DNA of 63,425 nucleotides, the filler included, from Octopus bimaculoides (taxonomy: Eukaryota): the NCBI RefSeq assembly GCF_001194135.2. It is 8 parts of 8 records of this genome, joined end to end, with 100 filler letters (N's around TTAATTAATTAA, not from the genome) between each part and the next. Parts side by side here need not be neighbours in the genome. Positions count along the whole stretch, not along the records: positions 47,650 to 58,420 come from NC_068985.1; positions 58,521 to 62,015 come from NW_026349959.1; positions 62,116 to 63,425 come from NW_026410221.1; 5 more parts are not named here. The stretch is one strand, 5' to 3'. This document shows, one piece after another, positions 52,915 to 63,425 of the stretch. Both the position numbers and the translations under genes were made by a program. The notes under the pieces were generated by a model. That model saw nothing but the letters and a program-made list of their open reading frames with translations, had not been told where the DNA came from and ran no database searches. Every line of letters starts with the position of its first letter. Position 1 is the first letter of the stretch.

Positions 52915-53057
52915 GCTACTGTTGCTGCTGCTGCTGCTGCTGTTGCTGCTCCTGCTACTGCTACGACCTCTACCACTGCTACTGCAGTCACCACTTCCAC
53001 TACCACAACTACAATTACACTGCTACCACCATCACCACCACCACCACCACCTCCACC

Positions 53058-53118
<61 letters not shown>
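52255..53118. repeat. Trinucleotide mosaic (CTG, TTG, GAT, GAC, GGT, CTA, CCA)
   Basis: Seen directly; source of the poly-His/Asp/Thr/Cys ORFs. Confidence 0.85.
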
Positions 53119-53119
<1 letters not shown>

Positions 53120-53192
53120 GGAAGAACTTGAGCACGATAAACCACACACACACTCTAACACAGCTTCTGTAGCGAACGAAAGAGAAAAAAAG

Positions 53193-53345
53193 CTGCAACG
53201 ATTTGTCGTCTCCGTAGATGCAAAGAAGGCCGCTTTCAATAGTATCGAAGTGAATGCAATGCTGGCGTCTCTAGAGCTGCACTTAGGTAAGGCACAACAG
53301 ATCAAAATTCTCAGAGAGGTCACTTCGGGATGTACTACCGATGTA
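53193..53345 (+). mobile_element. LINE RT fragment (RTE-like)
   Basis: VVSVDAKKAAFNSIEVNAMLASL..QIKILREVTSGCTT resembles the RT motif FxDxxKAFDSV and the following helix. Confidence 0.55.
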
Positions 53346-54785
53346 GTTCCGCTGTCACCACTCGGAAGTGTTCGAGTCTGGAATAGCTTGATAAAATAGC
53401 GTTACCTAGTAACTTTAAATGTTTCTATGTGGTAGAGGAGACAGTCTAATGGCGTAAGGTCATCGGTGACATTAGCGACACCAGATATTTTGAAACGTCG
53501 TAGATTTTGTTTCAATGTAGCTTAAAAAGAAAGAACTGCTGCTTGGAAAAAAAACCTATAGAAAGAAGTTTTGCGGGTATCAACGGGAGAGAGAGAGATA
53601 GAGAGAAAAAATGGAATCGTTGATAGCTAGAAGTCACCTATCTCTTTTAATCCTCGATCGGAGTGCTTGTAGCTCAAAACTCAAGCTTTACTACTCTTTA
53701 GGGCAGCTGAACTTATTGATGATTAAAAACTCTTCTTTGAACTTACAGCATCTTATTTTGACATTGTAGATTCTGTATTCATATCATGGAGTAGGGTACG
53801 ACGGAAATTTTCTTTTAGACTTCTAAGAGTACAGTAAAAACAAGTATAACTAATTCACATGGGTGTCAATCAATAAAATAGAACGATTTCGTCTCGGCTA
53901 TGTCACTGAAGGATAATACGTTACATAACTTTACAGTGTAAATAATACTGAAGAATTAATGTTTGCTTAATATATTTAGGGTACATCAACCAAGGAGATC
54001 CCTTAGTTCTTTCGGTTACATTGTTGCTTTGATTTAAACAAAACACTGCAAGCTAACGAAACACACTTCAGTTGTACAGCACTCTTGCTGTTTACTATAA
54101 AAATATTTACCTACTTTTAGTATATATATATATATTCACAGTAAGATTTCACTAGGCCATTCAGTGTTATGTGACTTGCTATGGAAACAGAGCAGCACTG
54201 GTGAGGAATACCATCCGTCCATTCCTCGGTACAATGATTTCTTACATAGAGTCATACTTCAGAAATAACCGGAGCGATGGTGTGAATGATACTTTGATGA
54301 TCGTGTCTGGTTATCAAGGGCGTTATAAATGGAATTGTCAAAAGTTTACCTTCAGTTCAACGCTTGCCAGAGCCGGTTCATTCATATCAAACCTCGCTTT
54401 GAAATGGCGGCACTAGATTTGGTTAGACAGGACCGCGTAGATGAAGTCTTACATCAGAGTCAATACACTTATGTGGCTTAACACTCCCTGCTGTATGATA
54501 GCATAGTCCTGGATAATTGTACAGCTGTTTTCAGAGAGGATCATACGATCTATTGAGTGGTTACATAAAGTAGATTCTTTAAGAGCGTTGCAAGTACGAT
54601 ATAAAGTTTTAGTCACAATGCATGTCTGAAATGTTGCGTATATGTATGTATGTATGTAGGTATGTATGTAGGTATGTATGTATGTATGTGTATAAATATA
54701 TACATGTATGTGTGTATATATATATATATACATATATATACACACACACATATATGTACACTACATATATGCACATTTACATATG

Positions 54786-54819
<34 letters not shown>

Positions 54820-55669
54820 TATNNNNNNNNNNNNNNNNNNNNNNNNNNNNNNNNNNNNNNNNNNNNNNNNNNNNNNNNNNNNNNNNNNNNNNNNNNNNNN
54901 NNNNNNNNNNNNNNNNNNNNNNNNNNNNNNNNNNNNNNNNNNNNNNNNNNNNNNNNNNNNNNNNNNNNNNNNNNNNNNNNNNNNNNNNNNNNNNNNNNNN
55001 NNNNNNNNNNNNNNNNNNNNNNNNNNNNNNNNNNNNNNNNNNNNNNNNNNNNNNNNNNNNNNNNNNNNNNNNNNNNNNNNNNNNNNNNNNNNNNNNNNNN
55101 NNNNNNNNNNNNNNNNNNNNNNNNNNNNNNNNNNNNNNNNNNNNNNNNNNNNNNNNNNNNNNNNNNNNNNNNNNNNNNNNNNNNNNNNNNNNNNNNNNNN
55201 NNNNNNNNNNNNNNNNNNNNNNNNNNNNNNNNNNNNNNNNNNNNNNNNNNNNNNNNNNNNNNNNNNNNNNNNNNNNNNNNNNNNNNNNNNNNNNNNNNNN
55301 NNNNNNNNNNNNNNNNNNNNNNNNNNNNNNNNNNNNNNNNNNNNNNNNNNNNNNNNNNNNNNNNNNNNNNNNNNNNNNNNNNNNNNNNNNNNNNNNNNNN
55401 NNNNNNNNNNNNNNNNNNNNNNNNNNNNNNNNNNNNNNNNNNNNNNNNNNNNNNNNNNNNNNNNNNNNNNNNNNNNNNNNNNNNNNNNNNNNNNNNNNNN
55501 NNNNNNNNNNNNNNNNNNNNNNNNNNNNNNNNNNNNNNNNNNNNNNNNNNNNNNNNNNNNNNNNNNNNNNNNNNNNNNNNNNNNNNNNNNNNNNNNNNNN
55601 NTATATTTTTGTATATGTATGTATATTTGTGTGTGTATATCTATATATAAATATATGTATATTTTTATA

Positions 55670-55707
<38 letters not shown>

Positions 55708-55793
55708 CACTAAGTACCATCATAGTCGTACCTATATATTTATACATACATGCATACTTGCGCGCGCGAATGAGAGTGAGTGAGTGAGAGAGT

Positions 55794-55832
<39 letters not shown>

Positions 55833-55841
55833 GAGAATAAT

Positions 55842-56059
55842 CTTTTCTACTCTAGGCACAAGGCCCGAAATTTTTGGTGGGGGTGGCAGTCGATTAAATC
55901 GACCCCAGTATGCAACTGGTACTTAATTTATCGACCCAGAAAGGATGAAAGGCAAAGTCGACCTCGTCGGAATTTGAACTAAGAACGTAAAGACAGACGA
56001 AATAGCGCTATGCATTTCGTCCGGCGTGCTAACGTTTCTGCCAGCTCACCGCCTTATAC
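55842..56059 (-). mobile_element. Intact tRNA-derived SINE (head GGCGGTGAGCTGGCAGAA) with 11-bp target-site duplication
   Basis: ATGAGAATAAT flanks both ends (55831-41 and 56060-70). Body motif GTCGACTTTGCCTTTCATCCTTTC..GGGTCGATAAA. Confidence 0.85.
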
Positions 56060-56387
56060 ATGAGAATAATAGCGAAACAATGATATAAGGCGAGAAAATA
56101 TTAAGTACAACGGCGATGAACTCGTAGCGTAGCAAGAGACATGAACCAATGCACTGTTTATGGCGGTAGTCTAAACACCCTAGCGGACTGGGCAACTCGC
56201 TGATTAAAATCTCGTGATATGATTTAATCGAGGTCCATCACCAACGTCTAAAATTACGTATCCATTGTTTGCTTCGTGATTTCTTAAATTAACAACGGCG
56301 TTTCTTGTGAAGCGTTGCAAACACTTACCTATTTATTTATTTATTTTTCCTTATTCTTTCTTTCAATTATTCTTCCGATGTGGAGCC

Positions 56388-56434
<47 letters not shown>

Positions 56435-56468
56435 TAATAATAATAATAATAAAGATGATGTTGATGAC

Positions 56469-56519
<51 letters not shown>

Positions 56520-57477
56520 AATGATGATGATGATGATGATGATGAAGTTGATGATCATACAAAAAATACCAGAATATATATAGGTATATATTAGTTTATA
56601 TACATATGTGTGTGTGTGTGTGTGTATGTGTGTGTATTTATACACAAGCACATATATAAACAAGCATATGTGTATGTACGTATGTATATATATACATACA
56701 TACGTACACACATATACGCACACAGATACATATATACATACATACANNNNNNNNNNNNNNNNNNNNNNNNNNNNNNNNNNNNNNNNNNNNNNNNNNNNNN
56801 NNNNNNNNNNNNNNNNNNNNNNNNNNNNNNNNNNNNNNNNNNNNNNNNNNNNNNNNNNNNNNNNNNNNNNNNNNNNNNNNNNNNNNNNNNNNNNNNNNNN
56901 NNNNNNNNNNNNNNNNNNNNNNNNNNNNNNNNNNNNNNNNNNNNNNNNNNNNNNNNNNNNNNNNNNNNNNNNNNNNNNNNNNNNNNNNNNNNNNNNNNNN
57001 NNNNNNNNNNNNNNNNNNNNNNNNNNNNNNNNNNNNNNNNNNNNNNNNNNNNNNNNNNNNNNNNNNNNNNNNNNNNNNNNNNNNNNNNNNNNNNNNNNNN
57101 NNNNNNNNNNNNNNNNNNNNNNNNNNNNNNNNNNNNNNNNNNNNNNNNNNNNNNNNNNNNNNNNNNNNNNNNNNNNNNNNNNNNNNNNNNNNNNNNNNNN
57201 NNNNNNNNNNNNNNNNNNNNNNNNNNNNNNNNNNNNNNNNNNNNNNNNNNNNNNNNNNNNNNNNNNNNNNNNNNNNNNNNNNNNNNNNNNNNNNNNNNNN
57301 NNNNNNNNNNNNNNNNNNNNNNNNNNNNNNNNNNNNNNNNNNNNNNNNNNNNNNNNNNNNNNNNNNNNNNNNNNNNNNNNNNNNNNNNNNNNNNNNNNNN
57401 NNNNNNNNNNNNNNNNNNNNNNNGTGGCATAAAGTTTGATTGGAGCATATTCTGTTTCACTTTGTACTCAGAATAAG

Positions 57478-57562
57478 GAGAGAAGAAGAAGAAGAAGAAG
57501 AAGAAGAAGAAGAAGAAGAAGAAGAAGAAGAAGAAGAAGAAGAAGAAGAAGAAGAAGAAGAA
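57478..57562. repeat. (GAA)n microsatellite
   Basis: Pure tract of about 28 units. Confidence 0.9.
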
Positions 57563-57769
57563 TGAGGAGGAAGAGGAGAGGTCATGGAAAATGACATTTG
57601 CCCAAAATGCTCCGCAGAGAGATTGAACACATGAACTTGGGATTGCAAAGCGAAAATTTTAAACATTAGATCATACGATGCCTACGGTATAAGTATATGC
57701 ATACGTAACAGTGCGTGTTTATGTATGCGTACACAAACCCACACACACGTACATGTCTATTTATCTATC

Positions 57770-57800
<31 letters not shown>

Positions 57801-57919
57801 AATATTTCAATACAAATGTATTAATACAAATGTATCAATTTCCAGCAAAAATTGTCCAGTAAATATCGGTACCTTGTTGTACTACTCTTATGAATTTATA
57901 TATATATATATATATTGTC

Positions 57920-58420
57920 ATATTGGCGATGTGAACCTCACCCGTTGAGTGAAGGTGGTTCGCCAGTTTTTTTGGTTTGTTTTTTATCACAATCCATCTA
58001 CTCCGCCAATTTTCTGATTGACGTGGATTTTCGAAAGAGTGGTTGATTGAATCGTTCTTCATCGAAGTCAGTTTGTCGACCGGTCTGTGATCCGTTCTTG
58101 AGGTCAAAATTCTCATCTTTTAAGTGCGAAAACCGACGACTGGTGGTACTTTGAGGCATCACACTTCCATACACAGCACAGATCTCACGAGCAGCTTCGG
58201 CGGCCTTAACACCTCGATTAAATGCAAAAAGCAAATTGTGTTGAAAATGCTGTTTTGTCCGGTCTGCAAATAAACGTAAATCAATAACATTTTAAAACCC
58301 AAACACTATCTTGTAGAGCAAAAAATTCTCTTTTAAATAACATAAAACACTTTGCGTTTTATTACTGCGTGCATTTTTAAATTTGAAAAAAATGCTCATG
58401 AATTATTCCTCATCCCAATA
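57920..58420 (-). mobile_element. Mariner element 5' part (TIR plus HTH domains)
   Basis: The reverse complement of 58381-58420 is TIR-like (TATTGGGATGAGGAATAATTCATGAG). Then QHFQHNLLFAFNRGVKAAEAAREICAVYG..FSHLKDENFDLK..GRQTDFDEERF..IRKLAE. Confidence 0.8.
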
Positions 58421-58520
58421 NNNNNNNNNNNNNNNNNNNNNNNNNNNNNNNNNNNNNNNNNNNNTTAATTAATTAANNNNNNNNNNNNNNNNNNNNNNNN
58501 NNNNNNNNNNNNNNNNNNNN
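58421..58520. other. Artificial scaffold join
   Basis: Linker at 58465-58476. Confidence 0.92.
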
Positions 58521-61500
58521 GTACTTACAAACGATTCAACGAACGAACGTAAATACGCAGGTAAGAAATAACGAAAGAACGTAGCTACGTACGAACGAAC
58601 GTACGTACGTACGTAGGCAGGAAATAACGAAAGTGCGTACGAACGAACGTACGTACGTATAACGTAGGCAGGAATTAACGAAAAATCGTACGTACGTACG
58701 AACGAACTTACGTACGTAAGTACGAACGAACGAAAGTACTTACGTATTTCGGAGACAGGAAATAACGAAAGAACGTACGTACGAACGAACCAACTTACGT
58801 ATGAATGAACAAACATATACACGTACGTACGTACGAACGATTGAAGGAACGAAAGGACGTACGCAGGAAAGAAATAACGAAAGAACGTACGAACGAACAT
58901 ACGTAAGTACGAACGAACAATCGAACGAATTCAAGATCGAACGTATTTACGTTAGTAAGAACAAACGAATTAACGTACGATCGTACGTGCGTACGTACGA
59001 ATGAACGAAAGAACGAACGAACGTACTTACGTACGTGCGAACGAACGAATGTACGTACGAACGAAAATCGAACGAATTAAAGAACGAACGTACTTACGTA
59101 AGTATGAACGATCGAATTAACGAACGTTCGTACTTGCGTACGTACGAAAGAACGAACGAACTTACGTACGGACGTAGTTACGTTCGTACGAACGAACGAA
59201 CATACGTGCGTACGTACTTTCGTACGAACAAACGAACGAACATACGTACGAATGGACGAACGAACGAAAGAACGAACGATCGAACGAACGAACGAACAAA
59301 AGAACGAACGAACGAAAGAACGATTGAACGTACGAACGTACAATCGAAAGTACGTACGTACATTCGTACGTACGAACGAACGAAGGAACAAACGAATATA
59401 CGAACGAACGAAGGAACGAACGAACGTGCGTACGTACGTAGGTAGGAAATAACGAAAGAACGTACGAACGAATGAACGAATGAACAAACATACGTGCGTA
59501 CGTACTTTCGTACGAACAAACGAACGAGCGTACGTACGAATGGACGAACAAAAGAACGAACGAACGAACGAACAAAAGAACGAACGAACGAAAGAACGAT
59601 TGAACGAACGAACGTACAATCGAAAGTACGTGCGTATATTGTACGTACGAACGAACGAACAAACGAATATACGAACGACCGAACGAACGTACGTACGTAT
59701 TACGTAGGCAGGAAAGAACGAAAGAACGTACGTACGTACGAACGAACGAACGAACGAAAGTACGTATGTACAAACAAACGAACGAGCAAACAAACGAATA
59801 AACGTACGTACGTACTGACGACCGAACGAACGAACGTACGTAGGAAGGAACGAACGAACAAATGAACGAACGAGTGAAGGAACGAACGAGTGAAGGAACG
59901 AACGTACTTACGTACGGACGAACGAACGAACGATCGGAAGAACGATCGGAAGAACGAACGAACTAATGAAAGAACGAACGTACGTAAGTACGAACGAACG
60001 TACATATAAACGTACATACGAAGGATTCAACGAACGAACGTACGCAGGTAAGAAATCACGAAAGAACTTAAGTACGTACGAAAGAACGAACGTACTTACG
60101 TAGGTACGAACGAACGTACATATATACGAACGTACATATATACGAACGTACATATATACGTACGTACGTAGGAACGAACGAATGTACGCAGGAAGTAAAT
60201 AACGAAAGAACGTACGTACGTGCGTATGAACGATCGAACGAACGTGCGTACGTATGTACGAACGAATGAAAGAACGAACGTACGTACGTACGCAGGTAAG
60301 AAATAACTAACGAACATATATATATATACGTACGTACGTACGCACGTAGGAAGGAAATAACGAAAGATCGTACGTATGAACGAACATACGTACGTAATAC
60401 GTAGGCAGGAAATAACGAAAGAACGTACATACGTAAGAACGAACCAACGTACGAACGAATGAACGTACATATGAACGAACACACGAACGTACGTTCGTTC
60501 GTAAGTACGTACGTTCGTTCGGAATTACGTACGTTCTTTCTTTATTTCCTGCCTACGTAATACGTACTTTCGTTCGTACGTACGTTCTTTCGCTAATTCC
60601 TGTCTACGTAATACGTTCGTTTGTATGTACGATCGTCCGTTATTTCCTGCCTACGTACGTACGTACTTACGTTCGTTGAATCGTTCGTACGTATATACGT
60701 ACGTTCGTTCGATCATTCATACGTACGTACCTACGTAAGTTCGTCCTTTCGTCCGTACGTACGTAAGTACGTTCGTTCCTTCATTCGTACGTTTGTACGT
60801 TCGTTTGTTCGTTCGTTCCTTCCTACGTACGTTCGTTCGGTCGTAAGTAAGTACGTTTATTCGTTTGTTTGTTCGTTCGTTTGTTCGTAAGAAAGTTCGT
60901 TCTTTCGTTGCTTCGTACGTACGTTCGTTCGTTCGGTCGCCATTACGTACGTTCGTTTATTCGTTTGTTCGTTCGTTCTTACGTACGTACGTATGTTTGT
61001 TCGTTCGTTCGTTCGTTTATTCGTTCGTTCGTTCATACGTTCTTTCCTTATTTCCTACCTACGTACGTACGCACGTTCGTTCGTTCGTTTGTTCCTTCGT
61101 TCGTTCGTACGTATGTTCGTTCGATCGTTCGTTCGTTTGTTGGTTCGTTCGTCCACTCGTACGTACGTAGGTTCGTTCAGTCGTTCCAACGTACGTATGT
61201 ACGTACGTTCGTTCGTTAGTACGAGCGTTACTACGTCCGTACGTAAGTTCGTTCGTTCGTTCTTTCGTTCATTCGTACGTACGCACGTACGATAGTTCGT
61301 TAATTCGTTCGTTCGTACTTACGTAAGTACGTTCATTCTTTAATTCATTCTACTGTTCGTTCGTGCGTACGTTCGTTCAGACGTACGTACGTACGTTCAT
61401 TCGTTCTTTCGTTCGTTTGGTCTTTCGTTCATTCGTACGTACGTACGCACGATCGTTCGTTCTTACTTACGTAAGTACGTTCGATCTTGAATTCGTTCGA

Positions 61501-61745
61501 TTGTTCGTTCGTACATACGTACGTATGATCGTTCGTTCGTACGTACGTACGTATGATCGTTCGTACGTTCGTTCGTACGTACGTACGTTCTTTCGTTATT
61601 TCCTTCCGGCGTACGTACGTTCGTTCCTTCAAATCTTGGTTCGTTCGTACGTACGTTCTTTCGTTATTTCCTGTAAACGTACGAATGAAGGAACGAACGT
61701 AATTACGTACGTACGTACGGACTATCTAACGAACTTACGTACGTA
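58521..61745. repeat. CpG-rich (ACGA/ACGT)n complex satellite with strand inversion at 60490/60491
   Basis: ACGA-rich to 60490 and TCGT-rich from 60491, switching back near 61675. Recurrent motif GCAGGAAATAACGAAAG. Confidence 0.9.
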
Positions 61746-61980
61746 TATATAAATAAATAAAAATATATATATAGAAATAAATATATAAATAAATAAATAT
61801 ATATATGTATAAATGAATAAATATGTATCTATTTATATATTTATGTATTTATATATATATATTCATTTATATATATTTATTTATTTATATGTATATTTAT
61901 TTATATATATATATTTATATATATATATTTATATATATAAATAAATATATATAAATAAATAAACATATATATATAAATAA

Positions 61981-62015
<35 letters not shown>

Positions 62016-62115
62016 NNNNNNNNNNNNNNNNNNNNNNNNNNNNNNNNNNNNNNNNNNNNTTAATTAATTAANNNNNNNNNNNNNNNNNNNNNNNNNNNNN
62101 NNNNNNNNNNNNNNN
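62016..62115. other. Artificial scaffold join
   Basis: Linker at 62060-62071. Confidence 0.92.
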
Positions 62116-62501
62116 ATCTTTAACCAACTCAGTGAGTAGAGATTCAATGTTTTCTATCTCCCAATCAGAGAATAGGTAGACTGTTGGTTCTGTCATCCTG
62201 TTCAAAGAGAAATAAATGTAAGTTAATTAAAAGTTCATAATTTAGAAACATCCCCCCAAATCATTATCAAATTCCATTTTCAGTTGTGCTAAGCAGAGAT
62301 CTGAACCTTCCTCTCAGGATATGGCACTGGTTTAACACAGTTTAATTTCCCAGGAAAAGAAATCTATTATTTACTCTCTATAAGATGAACATGAACTGAA
62401 TTGATTTCAATCCTGTTCAGAGACACAGCAAAATAGCAAAGAGAGACTTTTTATATAGTAACACAACTTACCAGGAATAACAGAAAAATTACACTCTAAA
62501 C

Positions 62502-62735
62502 CAGTGTTTCTCAGCCATTTTTACCTACGGACCCCTTTAATTCCTATTTTACTCTACTGCATTCTTCAAGCCATTCAATGTTTAAAAAACCATATATTTT
62601 TATAATTAAATATTATTATGAATTGTATTAAAAAAAATCATTAAAATATTTTGTGTATTGTAGAAATATAACCAATTTATTGCAGAAAAATTTTAACAAC
62701 AAAATCATATATGGGCCTCCAGTTGAGAACGACTG
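62502..62735. mobile_element. hAT-superfamily (Charlie-like) MITE
   Basis: TIRs CAGTGTTTCTCAGC / GTTGAGAACGACTG, flanked by 8-bp near-identical duplications CTCTAAAC (62494-501) and TTCTAAAC (62736-43). Confidence 0.8.
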
Positions 62736-63169
62736 TTCTAAACCCTCAAAAGAGAAAGGCTGGATAGTATAATAGTGTATCTGAATAAAAGATGTGATGA
62801 TTATAGTTCAAACATGCAGCATTGAGCTGCGTAGTATTAATAACAGATATGTTAATGTAAACTTTAAAAATATACAAGGAAGCGCATAAACATATATTTT
62901 TTTTTTCTAGGGAATTTGGATGTAAGAGTTTGCAGCAGCGCCAGAAATAGAAACTATTAGCTATTCTGCTACTGAATCATGCAGTTGTCTTCTATGTAAA
63001 GCTTGTTAGCATTACATCTATGCCTTCGTGCAAGTAAAATGGAGAACAATGGAGATTGATTTTGAAAAATTTAGATATTTACACATTTATTGGCATACTG
63101 ATGGACATTTTCACATCATTGGCTGTCTTTCCAGCTTCTAACCACACAAACCAATTATAGTGCCTCTTT

Positions 63170-63230
63170 GTGGTTGCTCAACCTGCTAGAAATAGCAGCC
63201 AAATCTCTTAAATTACATCCTACATGCCTT
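63170..63230 (+). repeat. Short interspersed motif family CTGCTAGAAATAGCAGCCAAATCT
   Basis: Related copies at ~41390-41420 (+), ~49630-49660 (+), ~51355-51400 (-) and ~825-860 (+). Confidence 0.55.
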
Positions 63231-63425
63231 GTGATATTTAGTTATGGCCCTTTATGATCGGAGTTCAAATCCTCCATCAAAGTCTACTTGTCTTTTCCTC
63301 TTATGTTATTGATAAAGTAATTGTCAAGTATTAAGGGCTAATTTATATTTCTATACAGCATCCTAAATATCAATAGCATTGTAATAGAGGAGACCTTTAG
63401 AAAAGAGAAGGACACATAAGCTTAC

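Noticed and set aside
52212-53172. Poly-His, Asp, Met, Thr and Cys ORFs
   Set aside because: Trinucleotide microsatellites open in all frames, with no domain or splice support.
58521-61745. CRISPR-like repeat-spacer reading of the recurrent 17-mer
   Set aside because: Spacing is irregular, the intervening DNA is satellite rather than unique spacers, and there are no cas genes in this eukaryotic context.
58469-61752. Numerous FVRS/YVRT ORFs
   Set aside because: Translations of the ACGA/ACGT satellite.

Overview
Repeat-saturated, AT-rich animal genomic DNA, probably an octopus assembly (inferred from a spiralian Lox5 gene, extreme microsatellite density and tRNA/CORE-type SINEs). The only host gene I can support is the homeobox exon of the central-class Hox gene Lox5 (+, 40483-40746), identified by the YEQKR N-terminal arm and the KLTGP parapeptide. 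A 21-N gap hides about 74 nt of the homeobox and shifts the frame. The YPWM exon is not visible, and no other Hox gene is seen in the readable sequence. The rest is decayed LINEs (RTE, Tx1/L1, R4/Dong-like), mariner remnants, a hAT MITE, at least three SINE families and simple repeats. Seven 100-bp gaps contain an artificial TTAATTAATTAA linker, so the window is eight joined pieces with unproven adjacency and orientation. The most unusual structures are a CpG-dense ACGA/ACGT satellite folded into a 3.2-kb quasi-palindrome, a ~0.9-kb loopless palindrome, a 370-bp inverted duplication, a stack of co-oriented SINEs against the homeobox acceptor, two short hairpins and several candidate regulatory motif clusters. 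I cannot demonstrate a new biological system from sequence alone. Most ORF-track entries are microsatellite or N artefacts.
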